Below, in pieces: positions 43,869-53,248 of a DNA stretch of 64,000 bases. A program made the position numbers and the translations under genes. Origin of the DNA: a virus. Numbering within the stretch: position 1 is the stretch's first letter; each line of letters opens with the position of its first letter. Below the pieces are notes generated by a model, which was not told the origin of the DNA, did no database searches, and saw only the letters and a list, made by a program, of their open reading frames with translations. The stretch spans positions 1 through 64,000 of the IMG/VR virus record IMGVR_UViG_3300037420_001136, one strand, 5' to 3'.

Positions 43869-44916
43869 CGAGGACCTCGCGGCGAATTGCGAGCAGCGCC
43901 TCGAGCTGATCGGCCGGGACCTCGTTGTCCTGCACGAGCCCCATGTACTTCGGCTGACGAGGCCTGATCTTGCCGCCGACCTCCTGATACTCGTACTTCA
44001 GGAAGCCGCCTAAGAACTTAGGACGATTAGCCCAGACCTCATCCCGAAGGTCGAACGTGAGTCCGACGCCCATTCCGACGCCAAACGTCTCTGTGAAGCC
44101 CGGAGACCTAGTGATGAACTTGCCGAGTGTTCCCTTGGGGACCATGTTCTCCTTGAGCCCTGCTCGGCTGGCGTAGCCCCGCTCGTTTGTGGTGAGCTCA
44201 TTCTGGTTCTCCAGCATCTCCTCGTACCCGACGATGACTCCCCATGCGTCCATGTAGGGTTTCAACGCCCAGAGCCACGACTCTCGCAGGGTGCTGCGAC
44301 CATACTTGTACGGCGCATCCGGGTGACGACCCATGACGCCCTCAAGTCCGCGAGCAATGATCCCGTCGTAGTAAGTGAAGAGCTCTTCCTGATTGCGGAC
44401 TAGCACATGCTCCACCGGCTGGATATCTACCGGCGCTCCCTCCAGCTTAGTCCAACCCATGCCACGAAGCTTCCAGACAGCGTCAGTTGCGTACTTCAGT
44501 CGCTCGCTGAAGGGCTTGTCCGCGTATTGATACGAGTCGAACACGTAGAAGCCGAACGGTGCCTCACGATGGTTGCAATTGAATGCTGAGGTACACGCCT
44601 GCATCGCGTTGTGGTCGAACGGATCTCCTGGGATGGCCTCGCCGTCCAGACCCTTCACGCCTATCTTGGCTGCGTCCGCGAAAAGCTCGCGCATGACCTT
44701 CTGAGTCCACGTGTTCTTCGGTGGCTTCAGCGAGCGAAGCTTGACTTCTCCGGCGTACTCAAACATTCGCCATCCGTCGTACTTGATGGATGCCAGCGCC
44801 GGATATTTGATCAGCGCTAGGTTCTTCGGCGTATCCTCCGGTCTGCCAGAGAAGATTTTGGCCGACGCCATCGCGTCGAAGCGTCTGCTCATTGGGTGAG
44901 ATTCCTCCTTAGCCAC
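43861..44916 (-). CDS. lig: ATP-dependent DNA ligase
   Basis: KYDGWR (motif I), LDGE, FYVFD, EGVM.R...PYK.GRST and OB-fold G.G.G...R motifs. Confidence 0.9.
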   Translation of the reverse strand: MAKEESHPMSRRFDAMASAKIFSGRPEDTPKNLALIKYPALASIKYDGWRMFEYAGEVKLRSLKPPKNTWTQKVMRELFADAAKIGVKGLDGEAIPGDPFDHNAMQACTSAFNCNHREAPFGFYVFDSYQYADKPFSERLKYATDAVWKLRGMGWTKLEGAPVDIQPVEHVLVRNQEELFTYYDGIIARGLEGVMGRHPDAPYKYGRSTLRESWLWALKPYMDAWGVIVGYEEMLENQNELTTNERGYASRAGLKENMVPKGTLGKFITRSPGFTETFGVGMGVGLTFDLRDEVWANRPKFLGGFLKYEYQEVGGKIRPRQPKYMGLVQDNEVPADQLEALLAIRREVLGA

Positions 44917-45317
44917 TCGCGAAATCTAGGGTCATCTAACCGACAGAACGTAGTCCAACCAGCGCCTCCCGTGCGAAGAGAGGTTGCGAAGTGGTAAGTG
45001 TTCCACAGGAAAGCTGTACCCTGTGCGTAGCATAAGGCAAAGCGCCTCGTACCGCCAGCCGCATAGTAATCCAGAAGAGCAGGCTTCTGCGGTCCCTTCA
45101 TCGCGGTACAGAGATTCGGCAGCTTGCTGTCGCAGTGCTTCAACTCTATCGTACCCTCGGTCTTGAGAGCAGCACCTCGTGCGACGAAGTAGATGTCGGG
45201 AAAGCCAGACTCGTTGGAGGGCTCTATTCGCTCGTAGTAGAAGTCTCCGAGCGTGAGCTTACGAATACAGGCGTAGAACTCGGATTCATTCTCGGGTTGG
45301 AGGGATTCCAGTCGCAT
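44889..45317 (-). CDS. VRR-NUC / PD-(D/E)XK nuclease (putative Holliday junction resolvase)
   Basis: ESEF, RIE, GFPD, IELK, Q motifs. Confidence 0.7.
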   Translation of the reverse strand: MRLESLQPENESEFYACIRKLTLGDFYYERIEPSNESGFPDIYFVARGAALKTEGTIELKHCDSKLPNLCTAMKGPQKPALLDYYAAGGTRRFALCYAQGTAFLWNTYHFATSLRTGGAGWTTFCRLDDPRFREWLRRNLTQ

Positions 45318-45568
45318 TTAACATCCAACTCTAGGAGACTCATTTCTCCGGTTGCGAGATCCTTGGCGTAGACCTCATAGCCTAGATTCATCAGAACCCG
45401 TGCACTCGGCTTCTTGAAAGAAGTTCCGATTCTGTTGAGATAAGCGAAGCTGAGACCACAGCGCTTCTGGCAGTAGTCGTCCCGTTCTGCGCTCGGCAGC
45501 ATCTTCGCCTCGGCAACAATCGCCTGAGCCTTTTCTATGATTGCGTCGTTGTAGAAGGCCCCTATCAC
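45224..45568 (-). CDS. Putative HTH protein
   Basis: CGLSFAYLNRI....KKPS..VL..LG resembles an XRE HTH. Confidence 0.45.
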   Translation of the reverse strand: MIGAFYNDAIIEKAQAIVAEAKMLPSAERDDYCQKRCGLSFAYLNRIGTSFKKPSARVLMNLGYEVYAKDLATGEMSLLELDVKCDWNPSNPRMNPSSTPVFVSSRSETSTTSE

Positions 45569-46146
45569 AGAGACGGTTCCTTCGGCCGTGGCGTGCGGCG
45601 GAAAGCTAGCACGTTGCCACCCGCCTGCGCGGAGCCAGTCACGAGGCCCTCAGATGCCTCAGAGAGCTTCTCCGGCGGGGCGCTGGCTACAGGGGTAGCC
45701 GCCGCCGCTGGCAGTGTCTGAGAGCGCTGCATACGGCCCGTGACTTTATACCACAGCCACTCGACAGAACTCCACCAGTCGTAGAATCTTCCCGGAGGAG
45801 CGAAGGTGTCGCAGAACCTCAAGACCGACGCTCGCAGACGCCTCTTCAGCCAGACGTAAGAATCTCGACGTGTGATGTCGAGGCCCGGAGCCCTGCGAAC
45901 GTGAACTACTCCGTTGCTCTCCAGGAAGACGCTCGCGATGATCTCACTTCCGTCGCTGGACATCAGCCACTCGGCCATCTCAAGGGCGAGATAAGAAGCC
46001 TCTGCTCTGTCGACAGACTCTCCGTTGGCGCTCTTGAGAGACCATCCCAGCTTTCCCGACTCGTACTTCCACATCTCGACGTGGAAGTACTGGTCAACCT
46101 TCTCCAGCTCGGACACTAGAGTCTCGCGGCTTGGAAGTGCATCCAA
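45565..46146 (-). CDS. Hypothetical protein
   Basis: 193 aa; start may be GTG 46116, coupled to the endolysin stop. Confidence 0.55.
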   Translation of the reverse strand: MDALPSRETLVSELEKVDQYFHVEMWKYESGKLGWSLKSANGESVDRAEASYLALEMAEWLMSSDGSEIIASVFLESNGVVHVRRAPGLDITRRDSYVWLKRRLRASVLRFCDTFAPPGRFYDWWSSVEWLWYKVTGRMQRSQTLPAAAATPVASAPPEKLSEASEGLVTGSAQAGGNVLAFRRTPRPKEPSL

Positions 46147-46874
46147 TCGTAGTTACGGGCGCGGCCCAGATTCACCCAGCCCTCGTCTTCCCAGAAGTCG
46201 ATGAAGGGTGCGTAGATCGAGGATGCGAACGCAGCTTCGTCGTTATCCTCATTCATCTGATTGTGCGCCGCGTCGATGTCGACCGCGATTCCCCATGCGT
46301 GCATGGAGAGAGTTGAGCTCCCCGTCGTCGCACGATAGTTGTAGCAGCCGGAGAAGATGTCCAGATTCAGCTTGCGGATCTGTGTCAGCCCGTAGTGATC
46401 GAGTGTTCGGCCAAAGATGCGCTTCAGAGAGGCCTCGACCTTCGCGTGCGCCTGAAAGGCAGTGACCTTGATCCTACGATCGTAGTCACCGTACATCATG
46501 TACGGAAGCTCGACCATCGTCTGGTTCGTGCCGGGAGCTCCGAAGATGCTGTTTCTCGCACGAACTTCCGTCTGACGAGGCCAGAAGTTCGTCACGTCGC
46601 GAAGTTGAACAGTGCTGTAGATGTAGAGAGCGTCGCTGGTCTTGGAGCCGTACAGACCGTCGATCACGAGACCAGCGTCGTTGACTTTGTTGAGAAAGAG
46701 CTGATTGAGAGCCACGAAGACTCGTGAGTTCGACCAATAGGTCGCGTTTACTCCGGCTTGCTTCAGCGCGGCTCGCGAAGCGGCGTAGCTCTTCGGACCG
46801 AAGATGCCGTCAATGTTTCCGGTGTAGAAACCTTCGGTCTTGAGGAAGGTTTGCAGAGTCTTGTTATCGATCAC
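46116..46874 (-). CDS. Endolysin: peptidoglycan-binding repeats + M15-family peptidase
   Basis: Two IDG..G..(S/T) PG-binding motifs; YNYR, SMHAWGIAVDID, DWMHFQ Zn-peptidase motifs. Confidence 0.88.
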   Translation of the reverse strand: MIDNKTLQTFLKTEGFYTGNIDGIFGPKSYAASRAALKQAGVNATYWSNSRVFVALNQLFLNKVNDAGLVIDGLYGSKTSDALYIYSTVQLRDVTNFWPRQTEVRARNSIFGAPGTNQTMVELPYMMYGDYDRRIKVTAFQAHAKVEASLKRIFGRTLDHYGLTQIRKLNLDIFSGCYNYRATTGSSTLSMHAWGIAVDIDAAHNQMNEDNDEAAFASSIYAPFIDFWEDEGWVNLGRARNYDWMHFQAARL

Positions 46875-46898
46875 CGACTGTCTCCTGCAGAGCCCTCA

Positions 46899-46928
46899 CA
46901 GCTAGCAGGAGACAGTTCAGTTGACAAT
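46899..46928 (-). promoter_or_regulatory. Phage promoter motif copy 9 (endolysin)
   Basis: Minus strand ATTG-tcaact-GAAC-tgtctcctgc-TAGCTG. Confidence 0.55.
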
Positions 46929-46933
46929 AGAGC

Positions 46934-47260
46934 TTAGCGCGACCACCACGGCTGATTTTGCCAGTAGACCGCGTTGGAGACGTCTACGAACTCCAACTCG
47001 TCGTCGTTCAGGCCATCCTCACCCGCCATCGGCAGATGAATTCGCTCGCAGTTAGCGATGCTGAAGAACATCTCCTCGCTGAGCTCGACGATGGAGAGGG
47101 GCTTCATGATCTCGCGATGCTCTGGTGCCAGATCATTCAAAACTAGAAGTCCCTCCTTCTTGGCCTCCTCCGGCGTCTTGGCCTCGATGGCCTCGGGTAC
47201 AGAGATCAACTTCCGCTGGCCGAGCTCTGGATCAGCGTGGGCAAAAATCGCAGCATACAT
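46934..47260 (-). CDS. Hypothetical protein
   Basis: AAGGAAG RBS; 108 aa, acidic. Confidence 0.55.
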   Translation of the reverse strand: MYAAIFAHADPELGQRKLISVPEAIEAKTPEEAKKEGLLVLNDLAPEHREIMKPLSIVELSEEMFFSIANCERIHLPMAGEDGLNDDELEFVDVSNAVYWQNQPWWSR

Positions 47261-47292
47261 ACTCGTACTTCCTTTGCTTGCTTTGGACTAAC

Positions 47293-47601
47293 TTACTTGT
47301 CGCGCCACACGACGACGTCGCCCTGCACGAACGCTTTGCCCTCCGACTCGTCGTCCTTCTCCATGACGGCGGCGGTGAACTCCATACGATCTTCATCAGG
47401 CTTACGGTTTCTGCGTGCGTACTCCCGAGCCGACTTGTAGACGCGCTCGCGGAACTTGTCCGCCGTCTCGCCCTCGCGCATCTCGCTGTAGGGCACGACG
47501 AAGCTGTCGCCGACCTGCATGTCAGCAAACGGGTACTTGGAGTCGCCCGCACGCTTGGCCGGAAGATTGTCCGGCTTGGGGATCTTGGTAATCTTAAACA
47601 C
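47293..47601 (-). CDS. Small putative DNA-binding protein
   Basis: SKYPF..M.VGDSF.VP ... V.VWR motif common in phage small DNA-binding proteins; GTG 47601 behind AAGGAG. Confidence 0.6.
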   Translation of the reverse strand: MFKITKIPKPDNLPAKRAGDSKYPFADMQVGDSFVVPYSEMREGETADKFRERVYKSAREYARRNRKPDEDRMEFTAAVMEKDDESEGKAFVQGDVVVWRDK

Positions 47602-47766
47602 TGCCTTGCTCCTTGCTATTGTAGAAAACGCCTTGGGCGCTTTGGCCCTTATGGCACCTTGGCGCTCCGGACGCAACTCATTTGCACCTGTGCGCTTGCA
47701 TCTTGGCCTAACTTGCGCTAGGGTTGACAGGCTGCGATTATTAGTCTGACGAGAGCCTGGAGTTCC

Positions 47767-50238
47767 ATGGCAGAGAGCCTGTTTGCCGATTTTCTGAAGT
47801 CCTCCCTGGACGTTAAGTCCATCAACGACTTCTTTGTCCAGAACCGCAACAAGACGCAGGAAGTACTCCAGCGACTTAGACCAGAAGGTCGAGTAGACGG
47901 TGGACGATTCAAGCTAGCCTCTGTTGAGGGTGGCGCAGGCTCCAGCTTCGACTACAATCTTCAGAACGGTCACTGGGGCGACTGGGCCGCGAACGACTCG
48001 CACCACGGGCTCGTGGGCTTCGTCTGTGCGACGATGAAGTGTTCCTCGGCACAGGCGATCCAATTCCTCATTGACGAGAAGTATCTCGATGCCAAAGAAG
48101 TCAAGAAGGTTCTCGCTGCCTCGGAAGGCGATCCTCTCGTATTTCCAATACCGGAGGACCAGCAAGACTGGGAGTTTGTTCTACAGTCAGATCCGCTTCG
48201 AAAAGATCGCGGCATCCTTCGCGAGCACTGGACCTTTCGTGACGTTGACGGATCCCTTCTCGGGTACAAGTATCGTGTAGACTCCCGTAATACGAATAAG
48301 GAAGTCTACACCCTCACATATCGCGGACACTCCGGCTGGGTGAAGAAGGATTGGGCTAAGAAGATCGTACCACCATACGGACTCGAGCAGCTCGGCGACG
48401 GTACCCCGACGGTTCGTATTCTCTTCGTGGAGGGCGAGAAGGCTAAGGACAAGGCGCAGGAACTCTTCGGCGAACGCTGGAAGGTTCTCTCCTACAGCGG
48501 CGTCAAGGGCAGTCACGATCTATGGCTTCCTGACGAGGCGTTCTGGCAGGACGCAGAGGTCGTCATCTGGCCAGACAACGACACACCGGGAAGAGAAGCA
48601 TCTCGTCGCATTCAACTTCTTCTCCAGGGACAGAAGTTCAAACCACGCGAGATCCGTATCGTACGAGTTGAGACGATTCCAGGATTATCTCCGGGCTGGG
48701 ATCTTGGCGACTACGACGACTCTACTCCAATAGATCCGGACGTAGAGCTGGAGCGCGCCGAGGCGGTAGACTCCTTTGAGCACGTATGTCGCCAGTGGGT
48801 CTACGTCGCCAAGGAAGATAAGTTCTACAATCTCGAAGATCGCGAGATTATTCTCACACCCGCCGCCTTCGATCGTTATCTCACTCGCTACGGCGATAAG
48901 TCCGGTTCCGCCAGCAAGAAGTTTCTCTCTGACTTGGACACTCACAAGTGCGAAGATCTGGACTTTCTCCCAGGCGTCGGCACCTTCATCAAAACTCCGG
49001 CTGGTAAGGTTCTTCTCAACGAATGGTATCCCTCGGCTGTATATTCTCGCGCGACGGAACTTGCTGGAGATCTCAGCGTCTCGGACGAAGAGATCGAAGA
49101 GAAGGCGAAGTACTTCATCGCACATCTCAACCGAGTAAGTGGGAACGAAGTCGTAGAACCTGAGAAGAATGCTGACGGACTACCAATCCTAGGTACGGAG
49201 CAACGGCTTCTCAGAGACGCTCTGGCGTTCTACTTTCACAACGTAATCTCACGTCCTATGGACAAGCAGGGTTGGTTCCCTGTTCTCGTGTCGGAGCACA
49301 ACGGCACCGGCAAATCGTACTTCCGACGTGTCATGGCCGCGCTTCTTGGCGGGAAGCGCGTTCAGGAGCTAACTGTCCAGGAATACGTCTCTGACTACCA
49401 AGACTGGATGGATGGGACACTCTTCTACGAGTTGGGCGAGGTTAAGAGTCACGACTCGGCTGAGGTTTACGAGCTGCTGAAGAAGAATCACAGCTACCTT
49501 CCATTCAACGACACCGATCTTCGCGACCGCTCTCAAGGCAATCGCCACATCAACATCAAGGGCACGAAGAAAAAGCTCCAGCGTAACTTCCTCAACGGCT
49601 TCATGACTTCCAACGACTTGTTCCCGCTGGCGCTGGCGAATAGCTCCGGTCTGGAGGGCAGCGATCGTCGCCTGTTAGCTGTGAACTGCGAGCAAATCTT
49701 AACCGAGGTGGAGGCCGATCAGCTCTTCGACGAGCTTAACGAGAATGCGGCATACATCGGCGCTTGGCTGCTGAGATTTAAGTCACCCTGCCCTTGGAAT
49801 CCTGGCTGGGCACCAATCACGAAGCACAAGCGGCGCATGCTCGAGAAGGATCGCGAGCGCAGTGAAAATCGTGCCGACAAGTACGAGCTCGGCAAGTTCG
49901 ATGAATTCTACCATCTCGTCAGGTGGGCCATAGAAGAGAAGATTGGGTTGTTCGCGCGACGAGTTCAGACGGCAGAGGGTATTCGCGAGTTGTGCGAGGC
50001 TAGACGGGTTAAGTTCCCGTGGGACATGGGACGATTCGAGCGCATTCTAGAGAAGGCTGGTCTCTTCAAAGGCCCCGTAATCGTGGTGGAGGGCCAGATG
50101 AAGAAGACCTACTCAGCCAATCCAGAGATGGAGGGTAAGCCGGCGACTGATTGGATCAAGGCTTCCAAGGAGCCTATCAACTCCACGAAGCCTCAGCGCG
50201 GCAAGGACAAGGATAACTCAGGCGGGGGCCACTTCTAA
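47767..50238 (+). CDS. Primase-helicase (Toprim primase + SF3/NrS-1-like helicase)
   Basis: W.DWA N-terminal domain; FVEGEKA, IWPDND.PG and GWDLGD Toprim motifs; HNGTGKS Walker A; HINIKG and TSN motifs. Confidence 0.85.
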   Translation: MAESLFADFLKSSLDVKSINDFFVQNRNKTQEVLQRLRPEGRVDGGRFKLASVEGGAGSSFDYNLQNGHWGDWAANDSHHGLVGFVCATMKCSSAQAIQFLIDEKYLDAKEVKKVLAASEGDPLVFPIPEDQQDWEFVLQSDPLRKDRGILREHWTFRDVDGSLLGYKYRVDSRNTNKEVYTLTYRGHSGWVKKDWAKKIVPPYGLEQLGDGTPTVRILFVEGEKAKDKAQELFGERWKVLSYSGVKGSHDLWLPDEAFWQDAEVVIWPDNDTPGREASRRIQLLLQGQKFKPREIRIVRVETIPGLSPGWDLGDYDDSTPIDPDVELERAEAVDSFEHVCRQWVYVAKEDKFYNLEDREIILTPAAFDRYLTRYGDKSGSASKKFLSDLDTHKCEDLDFLPGVGTFIKTPAGKVLLNEWYPSAVYSRATELAGDLSVSDEEIEEKAKYFIAHLNRVSGNEVVEPEKNADGLPILGTEQRLLRDALAFYFHNVISRPMDKQGWFPVLVSEHNGTGKSYFRRVMAALLGGKRVQELTVQEYVSDYQDWMDGTLFYELGEVKSHDSAEVYELLKKNHSYLPFNDTDLRDRSQGNRHINIKGTKKKLQRNFLNGFMTSNDLFPLALANSSGLEGSDRRLLAVNCEQILTEVEADQLFDELNENAAYIGAWLLRFKSPCPWNPGWAPITKHKRRMLEKDRERSENRADKYELGKFDEFYHLVRWAIEEKIGLFARRVQTAEGIRELCEARRVKFPWDMGRFERILEKAGLFKGPVIVVEGQMKKTYSANPEMEGKPATDWIKASKEPINSTKPQRGKDKDNSGGGHF

Positions 50239-50242
50239 ATCC

Positions 50243-50689
50243 TTAGGTGGTCTGGAATCTCCCTAAGAATTCTCTAAGTGACTGCTCGATAAAGAGTTTA
50301 TTAGCGTAGGAATTATAGTAACGATTACGTCCGCTAGGATGTGGAATGATCAGCACATCCTTGTGGGCGTACCCGAAGGGCTGATAACGAAAGTTCTGTG
50401 GTAGAGCCATCGCAGCATCTCGCCCGAGGACGATGAACCTAGCTTCGTTCACACAGCGAAGCTTCTCCAAGCGCTTCTTCATACGCTCGCGAACTTCGGG
50501 TGCCGTCGTGGGAGTCGTGTGGTCGTCCACCACGTTGTAGCGTATCGTCTCGTTGAGGTACTCTTCCTGAGACATTCCCAGCATCTTCATCAGTCTCGCC
50601 GCCGCTCCCGTCGTCGTATGTGGAAACAGTGGCCGAGCTGGATCCGTGTTCGGCCCCGGACGCTCGCCGAATATGATTATCTTAGTCAT
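50243..50689 (-). CDS. Uracil-DNA glycosylase superfamily protein
   Basis: IFGERPG, G.A.RL...LG, YN, IVLGRDA and PHPSGRNR.YN motifs. Confidence 0.7.
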   Translation of the reverse strand: MTKIIIFGERPGPNTDPARPLFPHTTTGAAARLMKMLGMSQEEYLNETIRYNVVDDHTTPTTAPEVRERMKKRLEKLRCVNEARFIVLGRDAAMALPQNFRYQPFGYAHKDVLIIPHPSGRNRYYNSYANKLFIEQSLREFLGRFQTT

Positions 50690-50704
50690 AGTGCACAGAA
50701 ACAC

Positions 50705-50977
50705 CTACAGAGTTCCCTTGATCTTTCTGAAGCGCGGCTGTGTCACAGACGAGGCTGACGGACTCACCGCACTGTTGAACTCCGTCTCGGGGCGAAGCCA
50801 GACCTGCCGTTCGTGTGGATAGCAGTGCATGTACGCGACTAAGAACTGGCCTCGTCCATTTCTCGCCTGCTGGCCGGTCTCGGCATCCATCGCCGGTCCA
50901 AGATAGCGATAAAGTCCGCCCTTGTAGTGCTGATGCGTGGCGTCAGGCGCTAAGACTCTTAGTCGGTCGTCGCTCAT
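50705..50977 (-). CDS. DUF1653-like protein
   Basis: HYKGGLY....A.DAET...V.Y......WLRP..EF....RF; start uncertain. Confidence 0.65.
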   Translation of the reverse strand: MSDDRLRVLAPDATHQHYKGGLYRYLGPAMDAETGQQARNGRGQFLVAYMHCYPHERQVWLRPETEFNSAVSPSASSVTQPRFRKIKGTL

Positions 50978-51248
50978 TCCAACGAGCTCTGAGTGATGCA
51001 CGAAACTCCTCCTGATCTGCATTGGTAGGTTCTCTCGTTGACCCAAGTTCCGAGGTAGCTTGAGCCATGCGTCTTCCAGGCTCGTTCACCTCGAACCCAT
51101 AGTACGTGTAGTAGATCCGTGCTCCGTAGCGCGTGTGCATCTTCTGCCAGGACTTCTGCATCTCCACGTAGATTTCCGCCTTCCACTCAACGTCGAAGAC
51201 GCAGTCCGGATAGTCGTTAGACATTACGACGAAGATCTTAGCCATCAA
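50943..51248 (-). CDS. Hypothetical protein
   Basis: GGAGGG RBS; operon order. Confidence 0.5.
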   Translation of the reverse strand: MMAKIFVVMSNDYPDCVFDVEWKAEIYVEMQKSWQKMHTRYGARIYYTYYGFEVNEPGRRMAQATSELGSTREPTNADQEEFRASLRARWNERRPTKSLSA

Positions 51249-51534
51249 TCATACCCTCCGGCACCTGCTCTAAGCGATAGCTGGTTCCCGCGTAGCCCAC
51301 TTGCTCTTGTGTTCCTGCCCAGATCTTCGCAGCGGCGACGACGTCCTCGTCACGACCTCCCGAGATTTTAACATCGAGAGCTTTGAAGAGTACCTCGAGG
51401 CTGGGCTTCTCCGACCACCACGCCACCAGATTATTATCCGGCTGATCGTAGTTGTTGTCTACGCTGAAGAGACACCAGATGGTCTTCTCATCAGCTGCGA
51501 TGACGCGCTCGCGCTTTCTTGACTGCCTTGCCAT
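51238..51534 (-). CDS. Hypothetical protein
   Basis: 98 aa immediately downstream of promoter copy 10 (possibly leaderless). Confidence 0.55.
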   Translation of the reverse strand: MARQSRKRERVIAADEKTIWCLFSVDNNYDQPDNNLVAWWSEKPSLEVLFKALDVKISGGRDEDVVAAAKIWAGTQEQVGYAGTSYRLEQVPEGMIDG

Positions 51535-51540
51535 ATACCT

Positions 51541-51570
51541 AGGCTAGTGCCGCGGCATTCGCACCGCAAG
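51541..51570 (-). promoter_or_regulatory. Phage promoter motif copy 10
   Basis: Minus strand CTTG-cggtgc-GAAT-gccgcggcac-TAGCCT. Confidence 0.6.
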
Positions 51571-51572
51571 CA

Positions 51573-52034
51573 TCATGTGCTCTGGGCGCACACGTCCGGA
51601 TGGTAGAAGAGAGGAAACTGCGTAAGTCTTACGAGCAAGATCTCGCCCATCTTGATCTCGTGCTTGAGTCTACACGGATAGCCGCACTCCCCGCATCTCC
51701 CCTCCATGGTTCCCTCGCTCGAGTGCTTGATGGAGCCGAAGTACTTCCAGGCGCTTGGACTCATGGGATGGCCCGTGACCTGAATACCGCAGGCGGGACA
51801 CTTAATCTCGTTGGCGATGGTGCGAATAGGATCAGCGAAGGCTGCGAGATATCGTTCAATCGCCTCGAACCAGTCCGGATGCTGGCGGAGCTCGTCCATA
51901 CCCTTCGGCCACAAATGCTCGGGCCGACAGATGGTCATCTCGTGAGCGAGGACGACTCCGTTAAAAGTCTTGACTGGATGCTCTTCTTCCCTGGACGGGA
52001 TCTCGAGGTGATCAGGTATTTTTGCTTCTGTCAT
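51573..52034 (-). CDS. Zinc-ribbon hypothetical protein
   Basis: CPACG ... EGRCGECGYP.R..H. Confidence 0.55.
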   Translation of the reverse strand: MTEAKIPDHLEIPSREEEHPVKTFNGVVLAHEMTICRPEHLWPKGMDELRQHPDWFEAIERYLAAFADPIRTIANEIKCPACGIQVTGHPMSPSAWKYFGSIKHSSEGTMEGRCGECGYPCRLKHEIKMGEILLVRLTQFPLFYHPDVCAQST

Positions 52035-52470
52035 AGTATCCCGGTGGTATCTTCTGTAGGGTTATAGGGTCTCGCCCCTGCTCACGCCAGAAGTTCTGAC
52101 ACGTGGCTACAAATCGCGCCATGTGAAATTCTTCCTGACGAAGCTGGCACAGGAAGTTTTGAATTATCAGACACACAATGTCGTCTGAGGAGCCGATGCC
52201 AAAGCGTCTCATATAATGACGAGGAAGAGGGAAGGATCTATCCTCGAGATACCAGCTTCTCTTGAGATGATCTCCCAAGGGACGATGGAGACTCTTCAGC
52301 GTCGACACCCCGTAGAGCTCCTTCTTCATCACGTCCGACCAAGGTGCGTGATGAAGACACCACAGAGCATTCTCGTGAGTGAGTGGGAAGGTGTGCGAGA
52401 AGTCAACGGACATTACAACCTCCGTCGCGCCCAAGTGCTCCACACTACGCTCATGAGCAGGCATTGACAA
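52012..52470 (-). CDS. Hypothetical protein (DUF6794-like)
   Basis: H..LG..L...W.L.......GI...DD pattern. Confidence 0.5.
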   Translation of the reverse strand: MSMPAHERSVEHLGATEVVMSVDFSHTFPLTHENALWCLHHAPWSDVMKKELYGVSTLKSLHRPLGDHLKRSWYLEDRSFPLPRHYMRRFGIGSSDDIVCLIIQNFLCQLRQEEFHMARFVATCQNFWREQGRDPITLQKIPPGYYDRSKNT

Positions 52471-52471
52471 G

Positions 52472-52756
52472 CTACTCCGACTTCTGAAACAGCCTGCCGG
52501 TGCCGAACTGACGGGCTACCTGCACGGCCGACTTTATGCTTCTAATGAAGCGAGGCGTCGTCATTCTCTTTGTGGTCTTCTCGGCCACAGCGTTGAGATG
52601 ATTCAGGGACGCAATGATGACGATCATCTGGTCACGAATGGGGAGATCTTTGGTAGCCTCGACCTGCATCTGCTGGAAGGCTATCATGAGACGATTCGTG
52701 ACGGGCTGAAGCCTCTCTAAATCCTTAGTATCACAGTCTAAAAAGAGATCAGCCAT
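52472..52756 (-). CDS. Hypothetical protein
   Basis: Helical ORF; ATG 52756 preferred over TTG 52810. Confidence 0.45.
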   Translation of the reverse strand: MADLFLDCDTKDLERLQPVTNRLMIAFQQMQVEATKDLPIRDQMIVIIASLNHLNAVAEKTTKRMTTPRFIRSIKSAVQVARQFGTGRLFQKSE

Positions 52757-52938
52757 GCTAGCGAGCTTGTTTGGAGCAGCTGTCGAGCTGCCGCCCGTAG
52801 GGTAGGCCAAGGGCGGGCAGTTTGGAGGGTTTCCGAAGCCCCGTAGATGCGTCTCTAAGCGCGTCGCCTAGGGCGCGGGTACCTAGGGCAGCGGCCAGCG
52901 TTGCGTAAGGGTCTACGAGCATTCTACGCGCCTCGCTT

Positions 52939-53235
52939 TTAGGCATCGATGATCTGCTGGATCCAAGGACAGTGCGGTCCATGGACGCGCAGCACTTCCT
53001 CGTTTGGACGATTCTTGAGATCTTCATACCACGACTCAGCCTCCTCGGTGAAGATCTCCTCGTGTTCGTCGGTCTCCATCAGATGGCCGGCGAAGTTGCA
53101 CACCGAGCTTCGCGGGCTGGCGTACCGATCATCTTGGAATGGAGGCTCCGAGATGTGAGCGGGAACCGCGTGTCCCATATTGCTGATAGCGAACGCGGCC
53201 GACAGACGACAAAGCTTCCCGTGGGGCAGATCCAC
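52939..53235 (-). CDS. Hypothetical protein
   Basis: AGGAGA RBS; Cys/His motifs. Confidence 0.5.
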   Translation of the reverse strand: MDLPHGKLCRLSAAFAISNMGHAVPAHISEPPFQDDRYASPRSSVCNFAGHLMETDEHEEIFTEEAESWYEDLKNRPNEEVLRVHGPHCPWIQQIIDA

Positions 53236-53248
53236 CTGACTTCTCCTA

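Noticed and set aside
52760-52935. GC-rich ~180-bp gap with CCTAGG/GGTACC palindromes as a possible sRNA or origin
   Set aside because: No promoter-motif copy, terminator or convincing long helix found; evidence too thin.
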